Assembly: GCA_963747975.1 (NCBI GenBank)
Contig: CAVVHI010000006.1
Location: 88,145-152,144 of the forward strand
Reading direction: 5' to 3'
Source of the DNA: an uncultured Actinomycetota bacterium
Lineage (GTDB): Bacteria; Actinomycetota; Actinomycetes; Propionibacteriales; Nocardioidaceae
DNA length: 64,000 nt
Shown here: positions 48,707 to 57,144 of the stretch, piece by piece
Layout: each line of letters starts with the position of its first letter
How positions within the stretch are numbered: the stretch's first letter is position 1
Position numbers and translations under genes: made by a program
Notes under the pieces: generated by a model
The model's input: the letters and a program-made list of their open reading frames with translations, nothing else
Told to the model about the DNA's origin: nothing
Databases searched by the model: none

Positions 48707-48859
48707 TCAGCGAGGCGCCTGCACCACCTCGGACGGGTTGGTGCAGCTGCCGTCCCGTGACTCGTAGACGTGACCGCCCGAGGCGCTCGGGTCGTGCGGG
48801 TCCCTGCGGGTGCAGATCGGACCGGTGGGGTCGTCCCACATGCGGTGAGTGCAGTTCAT
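48707..48859 (-). CDS. 50-aa Cys/His-rich small protein
   Basis: MNCTHRMWDDPTGPICTRRDPHDPSASGGHVYESRDGSCTNPSEVVQAPR; purine-rich ccaagggaatcacc before ATG. Confidence 0.5.
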   Translation of the reverse strand: MNCTHRMWDDPTGPICTRRDPHDPSASGGHVYESRDGSCTNPSEVVQAPR

Positions 48860-49107
48860 GGTGATTCCCTTGGTCTCACCATCCAGTCTTGCACTCCGCC
48901 AAGACAGGTTCAGGGATATCCACGACGATGGCGCTTCGCTGCGGCGCTGCGGTCCCCCGGCCGACAGCCCCACATCACCGCGCCGTGTCTTCCTCCCGAC
49001 GGCGTACCCGGGATACGCCGTCTGCCGGTGCCTGGTCCCCCGAGGTCCTCCTTGAATTCACGGAGCGGTGAAGACGTCACAAAAGCGGCGATGCAAGGGG
49101 GACACAG

Positions 49108-50031
49108 ATGGCCGCAGGACAACGACTCGGAGATGGGCACGTCGGTGTGGAGGCAGCCCCCGAGACGGCACAGACCCTGCCGAACTTCCTGCTGATCGGC
49201 TCGATGAAAGCCGGCACCACCAGCATGTACGAGTACCTCAAGGCTCACGAGCAGATCTTCATGCCGGACTTCAAGGAGCTGGACTTCTTCGTCGCCGAGG
49301 CGAACTGGTCCCGCGGAGTGGACTGGTACCGCCGCCAGTTCAGCACTGCGGGAGACGCGCCGGCACGCGGCGAGGCGTCGACGGCCTACACCCAGTACCC
49401 CCTTCACGACGGCGTTCCGGAGCGCATCGCACGAGTGCTGCCCGACGCGCGGCTCGTCTACGTGGTCCGCGACCCCGTGGAGCGGATCAGGTCGCACTAC
49501 CAGCATCTGGTGATGACCGGCGTCGAGAAGCGTGCACCACGGGCTGCGGTCCTCGAGGACCCCGTCTACCTGGCCTGCAGCAGGTACGCGATGCAGCTGG
49601 AGCGCTACCTGGACCACTTCCCGCCGGAGCAGATCCTGGTGGTCACCTCGGAGGGGTTGAAGGCCGACCGGAAAGCCACCGTCCAGCGGGTCTACGACTT
49701 CCTCGGCGTCGACTCCGCCGACGTGCCCGACGTCCTCGGCACCGAGTTCTACCGCACCGCCCAGCGACCGACGTATCCGGCGCCGGTGCTGTGGGCGCGA
49801 CGGTTCGCGACCCGCCACATGGTGCGTGCGCGGTGCGCCCGCGGGTTCGCGGAGAAGGTCCTCGCCCGTCGGCCCGGCGCCCCGGCCCGCGAGGCCGGAG
49901 CCGGGGCGGACGCGGCCGACCAGGTGCTGGACGGCCATCTGCGTGCGCAGGTGGTGGACCTGCTGCACGACGACATCGCGCGGTTGAGGAGACACCTACC
50001 GGCGGGGTTCGACGGCTGGGGGTACCTGTGA
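49108..50031 (+). CDS. PAPS-dependent sulfotransferase 1
   Basis: LPNFLLIGSMKAGTTS (5'-PSB), KELDFF, GEAST.Y, RDPVERIRSHY (3'-PB). Confidence 0.9.
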   Translation: MAAGQRLGDGHVGVEAAPETAQTLPNFLLIGSMKAGTTSMYEYLKAHEQIFMPDFKELDFFVAEANWSRGVDWYRRQFSTAGDAPARGEASTAYTQYPLHDGVPERIARVLPDARLVYVVRDPVERIRSHYQHLVMTGVEKRAPRAAVLEDPVYLACSRYAMQLERYLDHFPPEQILVVTSEGLKADRKATVQRVYDFLGVDSADVPDVLGTEFYRTAQRPTYPAPVLWARRFATRHMVRARCARGFAEKVLARRPGAPAREAGAGADAADQVLDGHLRAQVVDLLHDDIARLRRHLPAGFDGWGYL

Positions 50032-50957
50032 GGGTCCAGGGCAGCCAGCCGTCGCCGCCACGGCCGAAGCCTGCCACGGGGATGGCGCCCGGCCACGGCA
50101 CGCGCGGTGGCCGGACCCTGCCGACCTTCCTGGTCATCGGGGCGATGAAGGGAGGTACGACGAGTCTCTACCACTACCTGAAGTCGCATCCCGACGTCTT
50201 CATGTCCTCCACCAAGGAGCTGCACTACTTCGTGGCGGAGAAGAACCTGAGGCGCGGCATCCGATGGTACGAACGTCAGTTCCGCGGCGCCGGCGACGCC
50301 GTGGCCGTCGGTGAAGCCTCGCCCGACTACTCCAAGTTCCCGCTGCACGACGGTGTTCCCGAACGGATCGCCGCGGTGGTCCCCGACGTTCGCCTCGTCT
50401 ACGTCATGAGGAACCCACTGGAGCGGATCCGTTCCCACTACCTGCACGACCTCGCGTGTGGCCGCGAACGACGACCTCTCGCCGAGGCGGTGGTGGGCAA
50501 CGACCACTACCTGGCACCCAGCAGGTACGCGCTCCAGGTCGAGCGGTACCTCGAGCACTTCCCCCGCGAGCAGCTGCTGCTGGTCACGTCGGAGGCGCTC
50601 AGGGAGGACCGCCGTGCCGTGCTGCACCGGGTCCTCGACTTCATCGGTGTGGACGACGACTTGTCGGTGCCCGTCCACGACCTGGAGTTCAACGGGACGG
50701 ACCAGAAGACTGCCCCCGGAGTCCTGCTCCGGGCGGCGAGACACGTTCCGGGCGGTGCCCGGCTGCGGCTGCTCGCACCCCGCCAGGTGAAGGCCGCCGA
50801 ACGCCTGCTCGGGCGGACGAACCGCCCGATCGACCGGCAGGCGGCGTCCATGTCGGAGGAGCTGGTGGAGACGATCATGGCCGACCTCGGGCCAGACCTC
50901 GTGCGCCTGCGCGGCCACCTGGACGACCCCTTCGACGGCTGGGGCCTCCTTGCCTGA
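50028..50957 (+). CDS. PAPS-dependent sulfotransferase 2 (alternative start ATG 50082)
   Basis: LPTFLVIGAMKGGTTSL, KELHYF, GEASPDY, RNPLERIRSHY; GTGA overlap with copy 1. Confidence 0.9.
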   Translation: MRVQGSQPSPPRPKPATGMAPGHGTRGGRTLPTFLVIGAMKGGTTSLYHYLKSHPDVFMSSTKELHYFVAEKNLRRGIRWYERQFRGAGDAVAVGEASPDYSKFPLHDGVPERIAAVVPDVRLVYVMRNPLERIRSHYLHDLACGRERRPLAEAVVGNDHYLAPSRYALQVERYLEHFPREQLLLVTSEALREDRRAVLHRVLDFIGVDDDLSVPVHDLEFNGTDQKTAPGVLLRAARHVPGGARLRLLAPRQVKAAERLLGRTNRPIDRQAASMSEELVETIMADLGPDLVRLRGHLDDPFDGWGLLA

Positions 50958-51083
50958 GGTCGCCCGGGCCGAGGGACGACCTCGATCAGCGCGCCGCCGG
51001 CTTGGCCCTGTCGGACCGAGGGCACATCGGTAAGAGCGTCGGTCACGCCGGCGTCGTGCCGGGGACCAGCCGTGAGGCCGACC

Positions 51084-52190
51084 TCACCGCGCCGCCTTCG
51101 CCCGACCCCCGGCCCTGACCTCGACCACCTGCTGCTCCTCGGGTTGTCTGGTCCTGGTGTGCTCGAGGAGCAGCATGGCGAGGTCGTCGGACAGCGCACC
51201 GGACGGCACGTGGTGCTCCACCGCGTCGACCACGCTGTCGAGGGCGTCGTCGAGGCCGCCCTGCCGCAGCGCCGGCGCCAGGGAGCCGACGTCCAGGAAC
51301 CTCCCGTGACCGTCACGCGCCTCGCTCAGGCCGTCGGTGTACATGAGGAGGCGGTCCCCGGCGGCCCAGGCGACCGTCTCCTCGCTGTGTCTGCCGCCGA
51401 GCCCCAACGGAAGCCCGGGAAGCACCTCGAGCAGTGCCGCCGTGCCGTCGTGTCGCACGAGCAGGGCGGGCGGGTGTCCGCAGCTGACGACGGTGAGCCG
51501 GTCGTGCTCGGTGGCGTCGACCAGCAGCGCGGTGACGAACTCCTCCTCGTCGAAGAAGCGCTCGAGGTAGGCGTTCATGTCCTCGGCCACCTCCGCGAGC
51601 GTGGGCTTGGTGGCCGCGGACTGCCGGAAGGCGCGGATCACCCGCGCGGCGTGCTCGATGGCGGAGATGCCCTTGCCCCGGACGTCGCCGACCAGGAACC
51701 TGACGTGCTTGTCGGAGAAGTAGTAGTCGTAGAGGTCGCCGCCGACCACGGTGTCCTGCGCCGCCGACCGGTAGCGGACGCCTGTGCCGACCTCTCCGAG
51801 GCGCTTCGGCAGCACCGGGAGAATGGTCCGCTGAGCCACCTCGGCGATCGCGGAGACCCGCTGGTGCCGCTGCTCACGCCGCACGCGCACGGTCGCGATA
51901 CCGACGGCGGCGAGGCCCACCAGTGCCACGTCGGCCAGCCGCACCATCTGCTGGGCGCTGGAGAAGGTGTCGTTCCAGGCTCCTGAGAGGGCCGCGGCGA
52001 GCAGGGACAGGGCCGCGAACACCGCGGTCGGCCACGCCGGCAGGACGGCCGAGGCGATGAGCGGCGTGATCGAGAACAGCGGCGAGAGGATCACGAAGGT
52101 CGACGGGGTCGCGAGGTCGGCGACGATGAGCACCACGAGCCAGGCGCCGGCGAGCACGGCGCCTGCGGTCTGGGAACGATCCCTGGTCAT
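51084..52190 (-). CDS. Membrane-bound SpoIIE/PP2C phosphatase
   Basis: TM helices; VGGDLYD, VGDVRGKG, SCGHPP, YTDGLSEAR, DDLA. Confidence 0.9.
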   Translation of the reverse strand: MTRDRSQTAGAVLAGAWLVVLIVADLATPSTFVILSPLFSITPLIASAVLPAWPTAVFAALSLLAAALSGAWNDTFSSAQQMVRLADVALVGLAAVGIATVRVRREQRHQRVSAIAEVAQRTILPVLPKRLGEVGTGVRYRSAAQDTVVGGDLYDYYFSDKHVRFLVGDVRGKGISAIEHAARVIRAFRQSAATKPTLAEVAEDMNAYLERFFDEEEFVTALLVDATEHDRLTVVSCGHPPALLVRHDGTAALLEVLPGLPLGLGGRHSEETVAWAAGDRLLMYTDGLSEARDGHGRFLDVGSLAPALRQGGLDDALDSVVDAVEHHVPSGALSDDLAMLLLEHTRTRQPEEQQVVEVRAGGRAKAAR

Positions 52191-52354
52191 GAACCCTCCG
52201 TTGCCGTACCGCGGACGGTCGGGCCTCCGCCCCAGCATACTTCGCGTCGCGGCGCAGGCCCGCGGAGGGTTTCGGCCCTCCGCCGTGGGGTACCGCCCGC
52301 TCAGCTCAATGAACGGACCGTCGCGGAGGGAGAGCCCTCGAGGAGGTGAGCCGA

Positions 52355-52414
52355 ATGTACATCGGTATCGGAGCCCTTATCGTCCTGATCATCGTGTTGA
52401 TCCTCGTCTTCTGA
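52355..52414 (+). CDS. 19-aa single-TM small protein
   Basis: AGGAGGTGA RBS at 52341-52349 then MYIGIGALIVLIIVLILVF-stop. Confidence 0.7.
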   Translation: MYIGIGALIVLIIVLILVF

Positions 52415-52709
52415 CGGAGGATGACGACCCGGCAGACGACTGCCGGCGGCACGCGAGGCTCTCGGGCGCAGGTGAAGGCCTCGACGTGCCTGAGCCGGAC
52501 TGCAGTGAGGTGACGGCGGCCATGGGTGGCAGCCGAACCCAGATGAGGCGAGGGTAGCCATCGGTGGCCCACACCACGTCGATCGAGTCATCGTCAACGA
52601 CCTCGACCGACTCGAGTAGCCGGAGGGGCGATGTCCTTGCGCACCGAGGGCGGCAGCGAAGGGCCGCCTCGTAGAACTCCGATGCGCTGAGCGACATGAA
52701 GCCAGTGCA

Positions 52710-52754
52710 TGCCTTGAGAGCGTCGTAAGCGGCGGCCGCTTCGGTGCGCAGCCA
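52710..52754 (-). pseudogene. Fragment resembling the C-terminal part of a ParD-like antitoxin
   Basis: WLRTEAAAAYDALKA immediately after an in-frame TAG; recalled similarity only. Confidence 0.3.
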
Positions 52755-52954
52755 CTACTCCGATGCCAGGTCGAAGGCTTCGACGTCCAGCGGTCAACCG
52801 CCACACGGCGGGGCGCCGATAGTCCCCTTGGGTCCGGCCTTCATCCGACAATCCAGCCGGGCGACAGAGTGTTACCTTTAAAGTAGACGCGCGGTTGTCG
52901 GAGGTCCGGGTCATGCATCTGGCGAAGGGGCGACGCGAGCGAACCTCGCCCCGT

Positions 52955-53233
52955 ATGAGCAAGGGCAAACGCTGGCTCATCGTCGGAGTGGTGCTGCTCG
53001 TCGCAGGTCTCTTTCTCTACTTGATCTCCATGGCGCTGATACCCCAGGGCTACAGCGGGGATGAAGCACCAGCAGGTCCCCCCAACGAGATGCCAGCGGC
53101 CCCGGAACAGAGCGTTGTCGTCCCCATGATCGGTGCGATCAGCGGCCTGATTGGTGCCATGGCCGGACTCATCACGGCCGTCGCGGGACTGATCGCCGTC
53201 CTGCGGAAGAAGTCGGCTGTCTCCGCTGGCTAG
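52955..53233 (+). CDS. Small two-TM membrane protein
   Basis: MSKGKRWLIVGVVLLVAGLFLYLISMAL..MIGAISGLIGAMAGLITAVAGLIAVLRKK. Confidence 0.65.
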   Translation: MSKGKRWLIVGVVLLVAGLFLYLISMALIPQGYSGDEAPAGPPNEMPAAPEQSVVVPMIGAISGLIGAMAGLITAVAGLIAVLRKKSAVSAG

Positions 53234-53239
53234 CGGATC

Positions 53240-53615
53240 GGAGTAAGTCGCAGAGTCTGCCTTCGCCCTCGGGTCCTCTTGACCGTCGCGAGGGCGATCC
53301 CCCGTGGGTCGAGCGCGACCGCGTCGTGCGTTGCAGCGTTGTCGGCGGCAAACCACGTCGACGTCGCTAAGACGGATCGGTTGGCTGCCTCCTTCCTCCG
53401 CCACGCCGCTCGGAGTGGTCGGTCGTGAGATCGCTCGTCGAATAGCAGTCAGAACAATAGGGCTGGAGACGACGTGCCCGCTCGGACAACTTCCGCCAGC
53501 TCTGGTCGTACCCGCGAGCGGTCGCTGAGTGAGGGCTTCGGTGGCTCGGCAGGACGATACTCGGCGCATCGGGCCTGCTCGGAGGGCTCGCCGCACTCGG
53601 GGCAGACGCGGGCAC
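53240..53615 (-). pseudogene. Frameshifted phage-type HNH endonuclease
   Basis: Pieces in different frames: CPECG..RC; ARGYDQSWRKLS..QPYCSDC..DLTTDHS; IRLSDVDVVCRR..CNARRG. Confidence 0.7.
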
Positions 53616-53616
53616 C

Positions 53617-53653
53617 TGTCCCATCGGGGGTGTCCCATCTGTCCCGGTGTCCC
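53617..53653. repeat. TGTCCC(AT) x4 iteron-like cluster
   Basis: TGTCCC at 53617, 53631, 53640, 53648; three copies extend to TGTCCCAT. Confidence 0.7.
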
Positions 53654-53789
53654 ATTCGAGGGAGACCAGTCCGTCGGGCAATGGCCGCCGATTAGGCGGC
53701 TGATGCGATGAAGGAGCGGGGCCTCCGCTCCTCGCGCGTCCCCGGCGGATGCTGGGGGTGTACTCACGTCTACGACGAAGGAGGCCCTC

Positions 53790-54824
53790 ATGTCAGAGTA
53801 CGCAGGGCAGCAGTTCGTTGGTATCGATCTGCATCGTCGACGCAGTGTGCTGGTCCGGTCCACGGTCTCCGGGGAGGTCTTGGAGGCGACTCAGATCCTC
53901 AACGACGTCGACCGGCTCAACGCGGTGATGGCGCGGGCGGGTGAGACCCCCGAAGTCGTCCTCGAGGCGACCTATGGGTGGTACTGGGCGGTTGACGCGC
54001 TGCAGGCCGCGGGCGCCAGCGTTCACCTGGCGCATCCGCTGGGAGTGAAGGCGTTCGAGTATCGGCGGGTGAAGAACGACCTCCGTGACGCCACCGACCT
54101 GGCCGATCTGCTGCGGATGGGCCGGCTCCCGGAGTCGTGGATCGCGCCGCCGGCGACCCGGGAGCTGCGTGAGCTGGTCCGCCACCGCGCCAAGCTGGTC
54201 GGGCTGCGGTCCCACTGCAAGGCCGAGATCCACGCGGTGCTGGCCAAGTGCGGCGTCCAGGTGCTGATGAGTGACCTGTTCAGCCCGGCCGGTGAGCACC
54301 TTCTCGACCGTTGCGCCCTGCCCGGTGCGTACGCCGCGCGGGTCCACTCACTGCGTCGACTCATCGACGACCTCGAGGTGGGGATCGACCTGTTCGCGAG
54401 GCTGACCCGAGGCCGGCTGGCCGCCAACCCGGACTATGTCGCACTGCAGCAGCTGCCTGGTGTCGGCCCGGTCCTCGCCGCGGTGTTTCTCGCCGAGGTC
54501 GGCGACGTCACCCGGTTCGCCAGGGCGCCGCAGCTGGCGTGCTGGGCGGGGTTGACCCCCAAGCATCACGAGTCCGACACCCACGTGCACCGGGGCCGGA
54601 TCACCAAGCAGGGTTCTCGCCTGGTTCGGTGGGCGGCGGTGGAGTCGGTCAAGGCGCTGGGGCCCGCCTCGGTGGTCGGTGCCTACAAGAAGCAGGTTGC
54701 CGACCGGCGTGGCAAGAACATCGGCACCGTCGCCGCGGCCCGCAAACAGACCGAGTTCGTGTTCTATGCGTTGCGCGACCATCACGTCCGCGCTCTACAT
54801 CCGCCGCGGCGCACAGCGGCATGA
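53790..54824 (+). CDS. IS110 family DEDD recombinase/transposase
   Basis: AAGGAGG RBS; VGIDLH (D), VLEATYG (E), KNDLRDA (D..D); Tnp domain LPGVGP..GLTP..HESD (catalytic Ser) ..KQG. Confidence 0.95.
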   Translation: MSEYAGQQFVGIDLHRRRSVLVRSTVSGEVLEATQILNDVDRLNAVMARAGETPEVVLEATYGWYWAVDALQAAGASVHLAHPLGVKAFEYRRVKNDLRDATDLADLLRMGRLPESWIAPPATRELRELVRHRAKLVGLRSHCKAEIHAVLAKCGVQVLMSDLFSPAGEHLLDRCALPGAYAARVHSLRRLIDDLEVGIDLFARLTRGRLAANPDYVALQQLPGVGPVLAAVFLAEVGDVTRFARAPQLACWAGLTPKHHESDTHVHRGRITKQGSRLVRWAAVESVKALGPASVVGAYKKQVADRRGKNIGTVAAARKQTEFVFYALRDHHVRALHPPRRTAA

Positions 54825-55030
54825 GGCGCTCGCGCTCGACGCAGGGGTCGGCCGCGAGGCCGTGCAGGTCATGACCCCCAGCCCTCCTCATTGCGAGGGT
54901 CTCGGCGTGGTCGCGCTGTCTGATTGACCCCGACCGACCGTCGCCACGTTCTTCGGCGAACCCCATCATGCGGTCCGTTGGCGAGAAGCTTTCGCCGCCT
55001 CCGCCACGGCACCCGCGAAGGGATGACCGA
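54825..55030 (+). ncRNA. Candidate bridge/seekRNA guide domain
   Basis: GCAGGTCAT 54864-72 is the reverse complement of right flank 55315-23; GTCTGAT 54918-24 matches left flank GGCTGAT at 6/7; AGGGATG 55019-25 equals element end 55311-17; multiple hairpins. Confidence 0.65.
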
Positions 55031-55474
55031 GCGGCCGACTACCTGGGCCCGCTCCCCACCGCCGGCAACGGCAATGATGTGAGAACCGTCCCCTTGTCCG
55101 GCTCCACAGACAGGCTTTCCAGAACACACAGCCCCACTCCGACACCCGAACAGCGTGCGCCGAACGGGACCGGCGTCAAGGCCCTCCGGCCGCTGCGCGG
55201 TCGGGCTCCGCCCGAGCCTGGACCCCGGCTCCTTAGGTCGGCGCGCCTGGACACCGGGTCGGAGGCAGGAAAAAGGGCCGGCCAACACTCTTGACCGGCC
55301 CCGCTCCTTCAGGGATGACCTGCGGCGTTACACGTTGAAGCGGAATGAAAAACCGGAGGTTTCGGCTGTCGTTGGCCACCGCCGGTCGAGGCCGGAAAAT
55401 GCGGTCTGACCTGCGATAACGCGATCCCGGGACCGTTGGGCGTCGTCGGCGATCGTCGGCCTCGGCCGGACTTC

Positions 55475-55493
55475 TTGCGGACTATTTGCGGAC
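55475..55493 (+). repeat. TTGCGGAC direct repeat, 11-bp period (integrase arm-site-like)
   Basis: ttgcggac-tat-ttgcggac. Confidence 0.5.
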
Positions 55494-55495
55494 CG

Positions 55496-55813
55496 CTATG
55501 CATCCGCCCGCTCGGCGATGGTCGCTTCGATCCAGGCAGGGTTCCGGCGGATGCCGACGACAGCGAGCACGTCGATCCGGTCCTCGTCAACCAGGTAGAC
55601 GGCCATGTACGGGAACCGCTTGAGCAGCGCCCGACGGTACGACTCGAACAGGATGACCCCGGACTCGGGGAACATCTCGATGCGCTCGACCTGCTCGTCC
55701 AGCCGTGCTTCGAACCGACTCGGCAGCGTCGGGTCGAACCGCTCGTAGTGGTCATAGATCGCCGCGAGGTCGTCTTCCACTCCAGGGTGGAAGACGAGGG
55801 GCCGCCGAGTCAC
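55496..55813 (-). CDS. ParE/RelE family toxin
   Basis: LVFHP.VEDDL..IYDHY..RIEMFPESG..LKRFPY..Y..I.VLAV. Confidence 0.88.
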   Translation of the reverse strand: MTRRPLVFHPGVEDDLAAIYDHYERFDPTLPSRFEARLDEQVERIEMFPESGVILFESYRRALLKRFPYMAVYLVDEDRIDVLAVVGIRRNPAWIEATIAERADA

Positions 55814-56031
55814 GCCCTGCGCGCGGCAAGCCGAGCCTTGAGCTCATCCCAGGTCAGCCCGATCGACGGATCTCCCTGAAGCTCCGCCGCCCGAGACCGG
55901 ATGACCGACTTCTGCTCCTCGCTGACCTCGATCGGCTCGGACTCGACGGTGCTCTCGATGTACTCCACCAGCTCCAGGCGCTCATCGAGGCTCATGGCCT
56001 CGATGGCTGACTGCAGAGCGGGATTCACCAT
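55810..56031 (-). CDS. Addiction-module antitoxin
   Basis: MSLDERLELVEYI..IRSR..GDPS..LTWDELK; GTGA-coupled to toxin. Confidence 0.85.
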   Translation of the reverse strand: MVNPALQSAIEAMSLDERLELVEYIESTVESEPIEVSEEQKSVIRSRAAELQGDPSIGLTWDELKARLAARRA

Positions 56032-56138
56032 GCCTTCAGGCTACCCGGCTACAGCGACACCCGGACAGTCACTCGTCGTCGGCAGGGGTCATCCCGCCAG
56101 CGCGAGGCTCGGATGATGCGCGGCCGGCCACGGGAGGG

Positions 56139-56580
56139 TCACTTGCCGTGACCGCGGACCTGGTAGCTGACGCTTCCTCCGACGTCCGAGTGGTTGGCCA
56201 AAGACGCCACCGCGTCGGCGTCCCCGGTCAGCTCGGCCGCCAGGAAGGCGATGACGTGGTGGGCGGCCACGTCACGGGCCGAGGCCCGGTTCCAGGTGGG
56301 GTCCTCGCAGAACCCGAAGGGCACCACCGTCATCACGCGACGTACCGATGCACACGGACCCGTGAACGCGAAGTGCTCGGCACCGACCAGACCCACCTGG
56401 ACAGCTCGGGGCGAGGCGCCGTGGCGGTAGGTCAGCGCTGCGCCGGTGGCGTAGGGGGTATCCCGGTCTGCGGTGCCTCCCAGGGCGACGACCGGCACGT
56501 TCAGGGACCGCAGACCCGCGACGCCGAACATCACCGCGTCACCGGCCATGGAGATCACCGCATCGACCCGGTCGTCGCGT
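56139..56580 (-). pseudogene. C-terminal fragment of alpha/beta hydrolase (dienelactone hydrolase/PAF-AH-like)
   Basis: DDRVDAVISMAG, LGGTADRDTP, GAEHFAF; nucleophile region missing. Confidence 0.65.
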
Positions 56581-56851
56581 GCTAGCCGAGCACGTGGCCA
56601 ACCACGGCACCACGGGCAACGAGCGGTGGCCCTTCGCTGGGAAGGGCGACGACCCACCGCACCAGAACACCGTCGGCTACTGGTGGTGCAAGACGCTGCG
56701 CGAGCCGGCGACGACGACTCTCAACACCTACGCCCAGCTGTGGCCGACCGCCGAGGACCGCACCCTCGGGGCCGCCGAGTCGATCATGTCCGCGTCGCTC
56801 GGCCAGCCTGCCGCGGGTCTCGCGAAGCCGGCGGCGAGTACGGGTGAGTGA
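56579..56851 (+). pseudogene. Tyrosine integrase C-terminal remnant with internal deletion
   Basis: PPHQNTVGYWW.KT joined to TTTLNTYAQLWPTAEDRT..AAESIM; HxxR and second His segment absent. Confidence 0.7.
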
Positions 56852-57144
56852 GCCGTGGCCCCGGATCGCAGACGTACTTCCCAGGGCGTGAGCTGCCGGC
56901 GCGTCGCAGCGCCCAGTTTGACGCAGGCGGATGCACACCGACTGGTCATCGAGAGCCGGTTGGGCGAGCTCGGCGTCACATGGCTCTGGTCGCTGCCGGC
57001 AGACAAGTCACCCGGGGCTGGTCACCGAAGCCGGAAAGCACGTGGGCGCCCGATCTACCCGGACACGAACCCGCGATCATGCTTGTCCGGCCGTGCCGAG
57101 ACTTGGTGCGTTCCTCACGGGTGCGGGTGATGAGATGGTGCGGA

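Larger units (their letters stand above)
53702..55317 (+). mobile_element. IS110-family insertion sequence, IS1111-like (subterminal IRs, long 3' non-coding region)
   Basis: Perfect 15-bp IR TGAAGGAGCGGGGCC 53709-53723 / GGCCCCGCTCCTTCA 55297-55311; GATG at 53702 (or 53707) and 55314; single recombinase ORF. Confidence 0.82.

Noticed and set aside
52389-52697. ORF MSLSASEFYEAALR..
   Set aside because: No RBS or family match; more likely decayed sequence next to the antitoxin-like fragment.
53749-54970. Alternative shorter IS boundaries (ATG at 53749 and 54968, with imperfect atgctggggg/ccccatcat repeats)
   Set aside because: The 15-bp perfect IR, GATG cores and 9-nt guide match to the flank at 55315 all favour the larger element; the inner match is better read as NCR guide/stem sequence.
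56860-57140. Short ORFs between integrase remnant and LLM gene
   Set aside because: Overlapping, no start signals or recognisable family.
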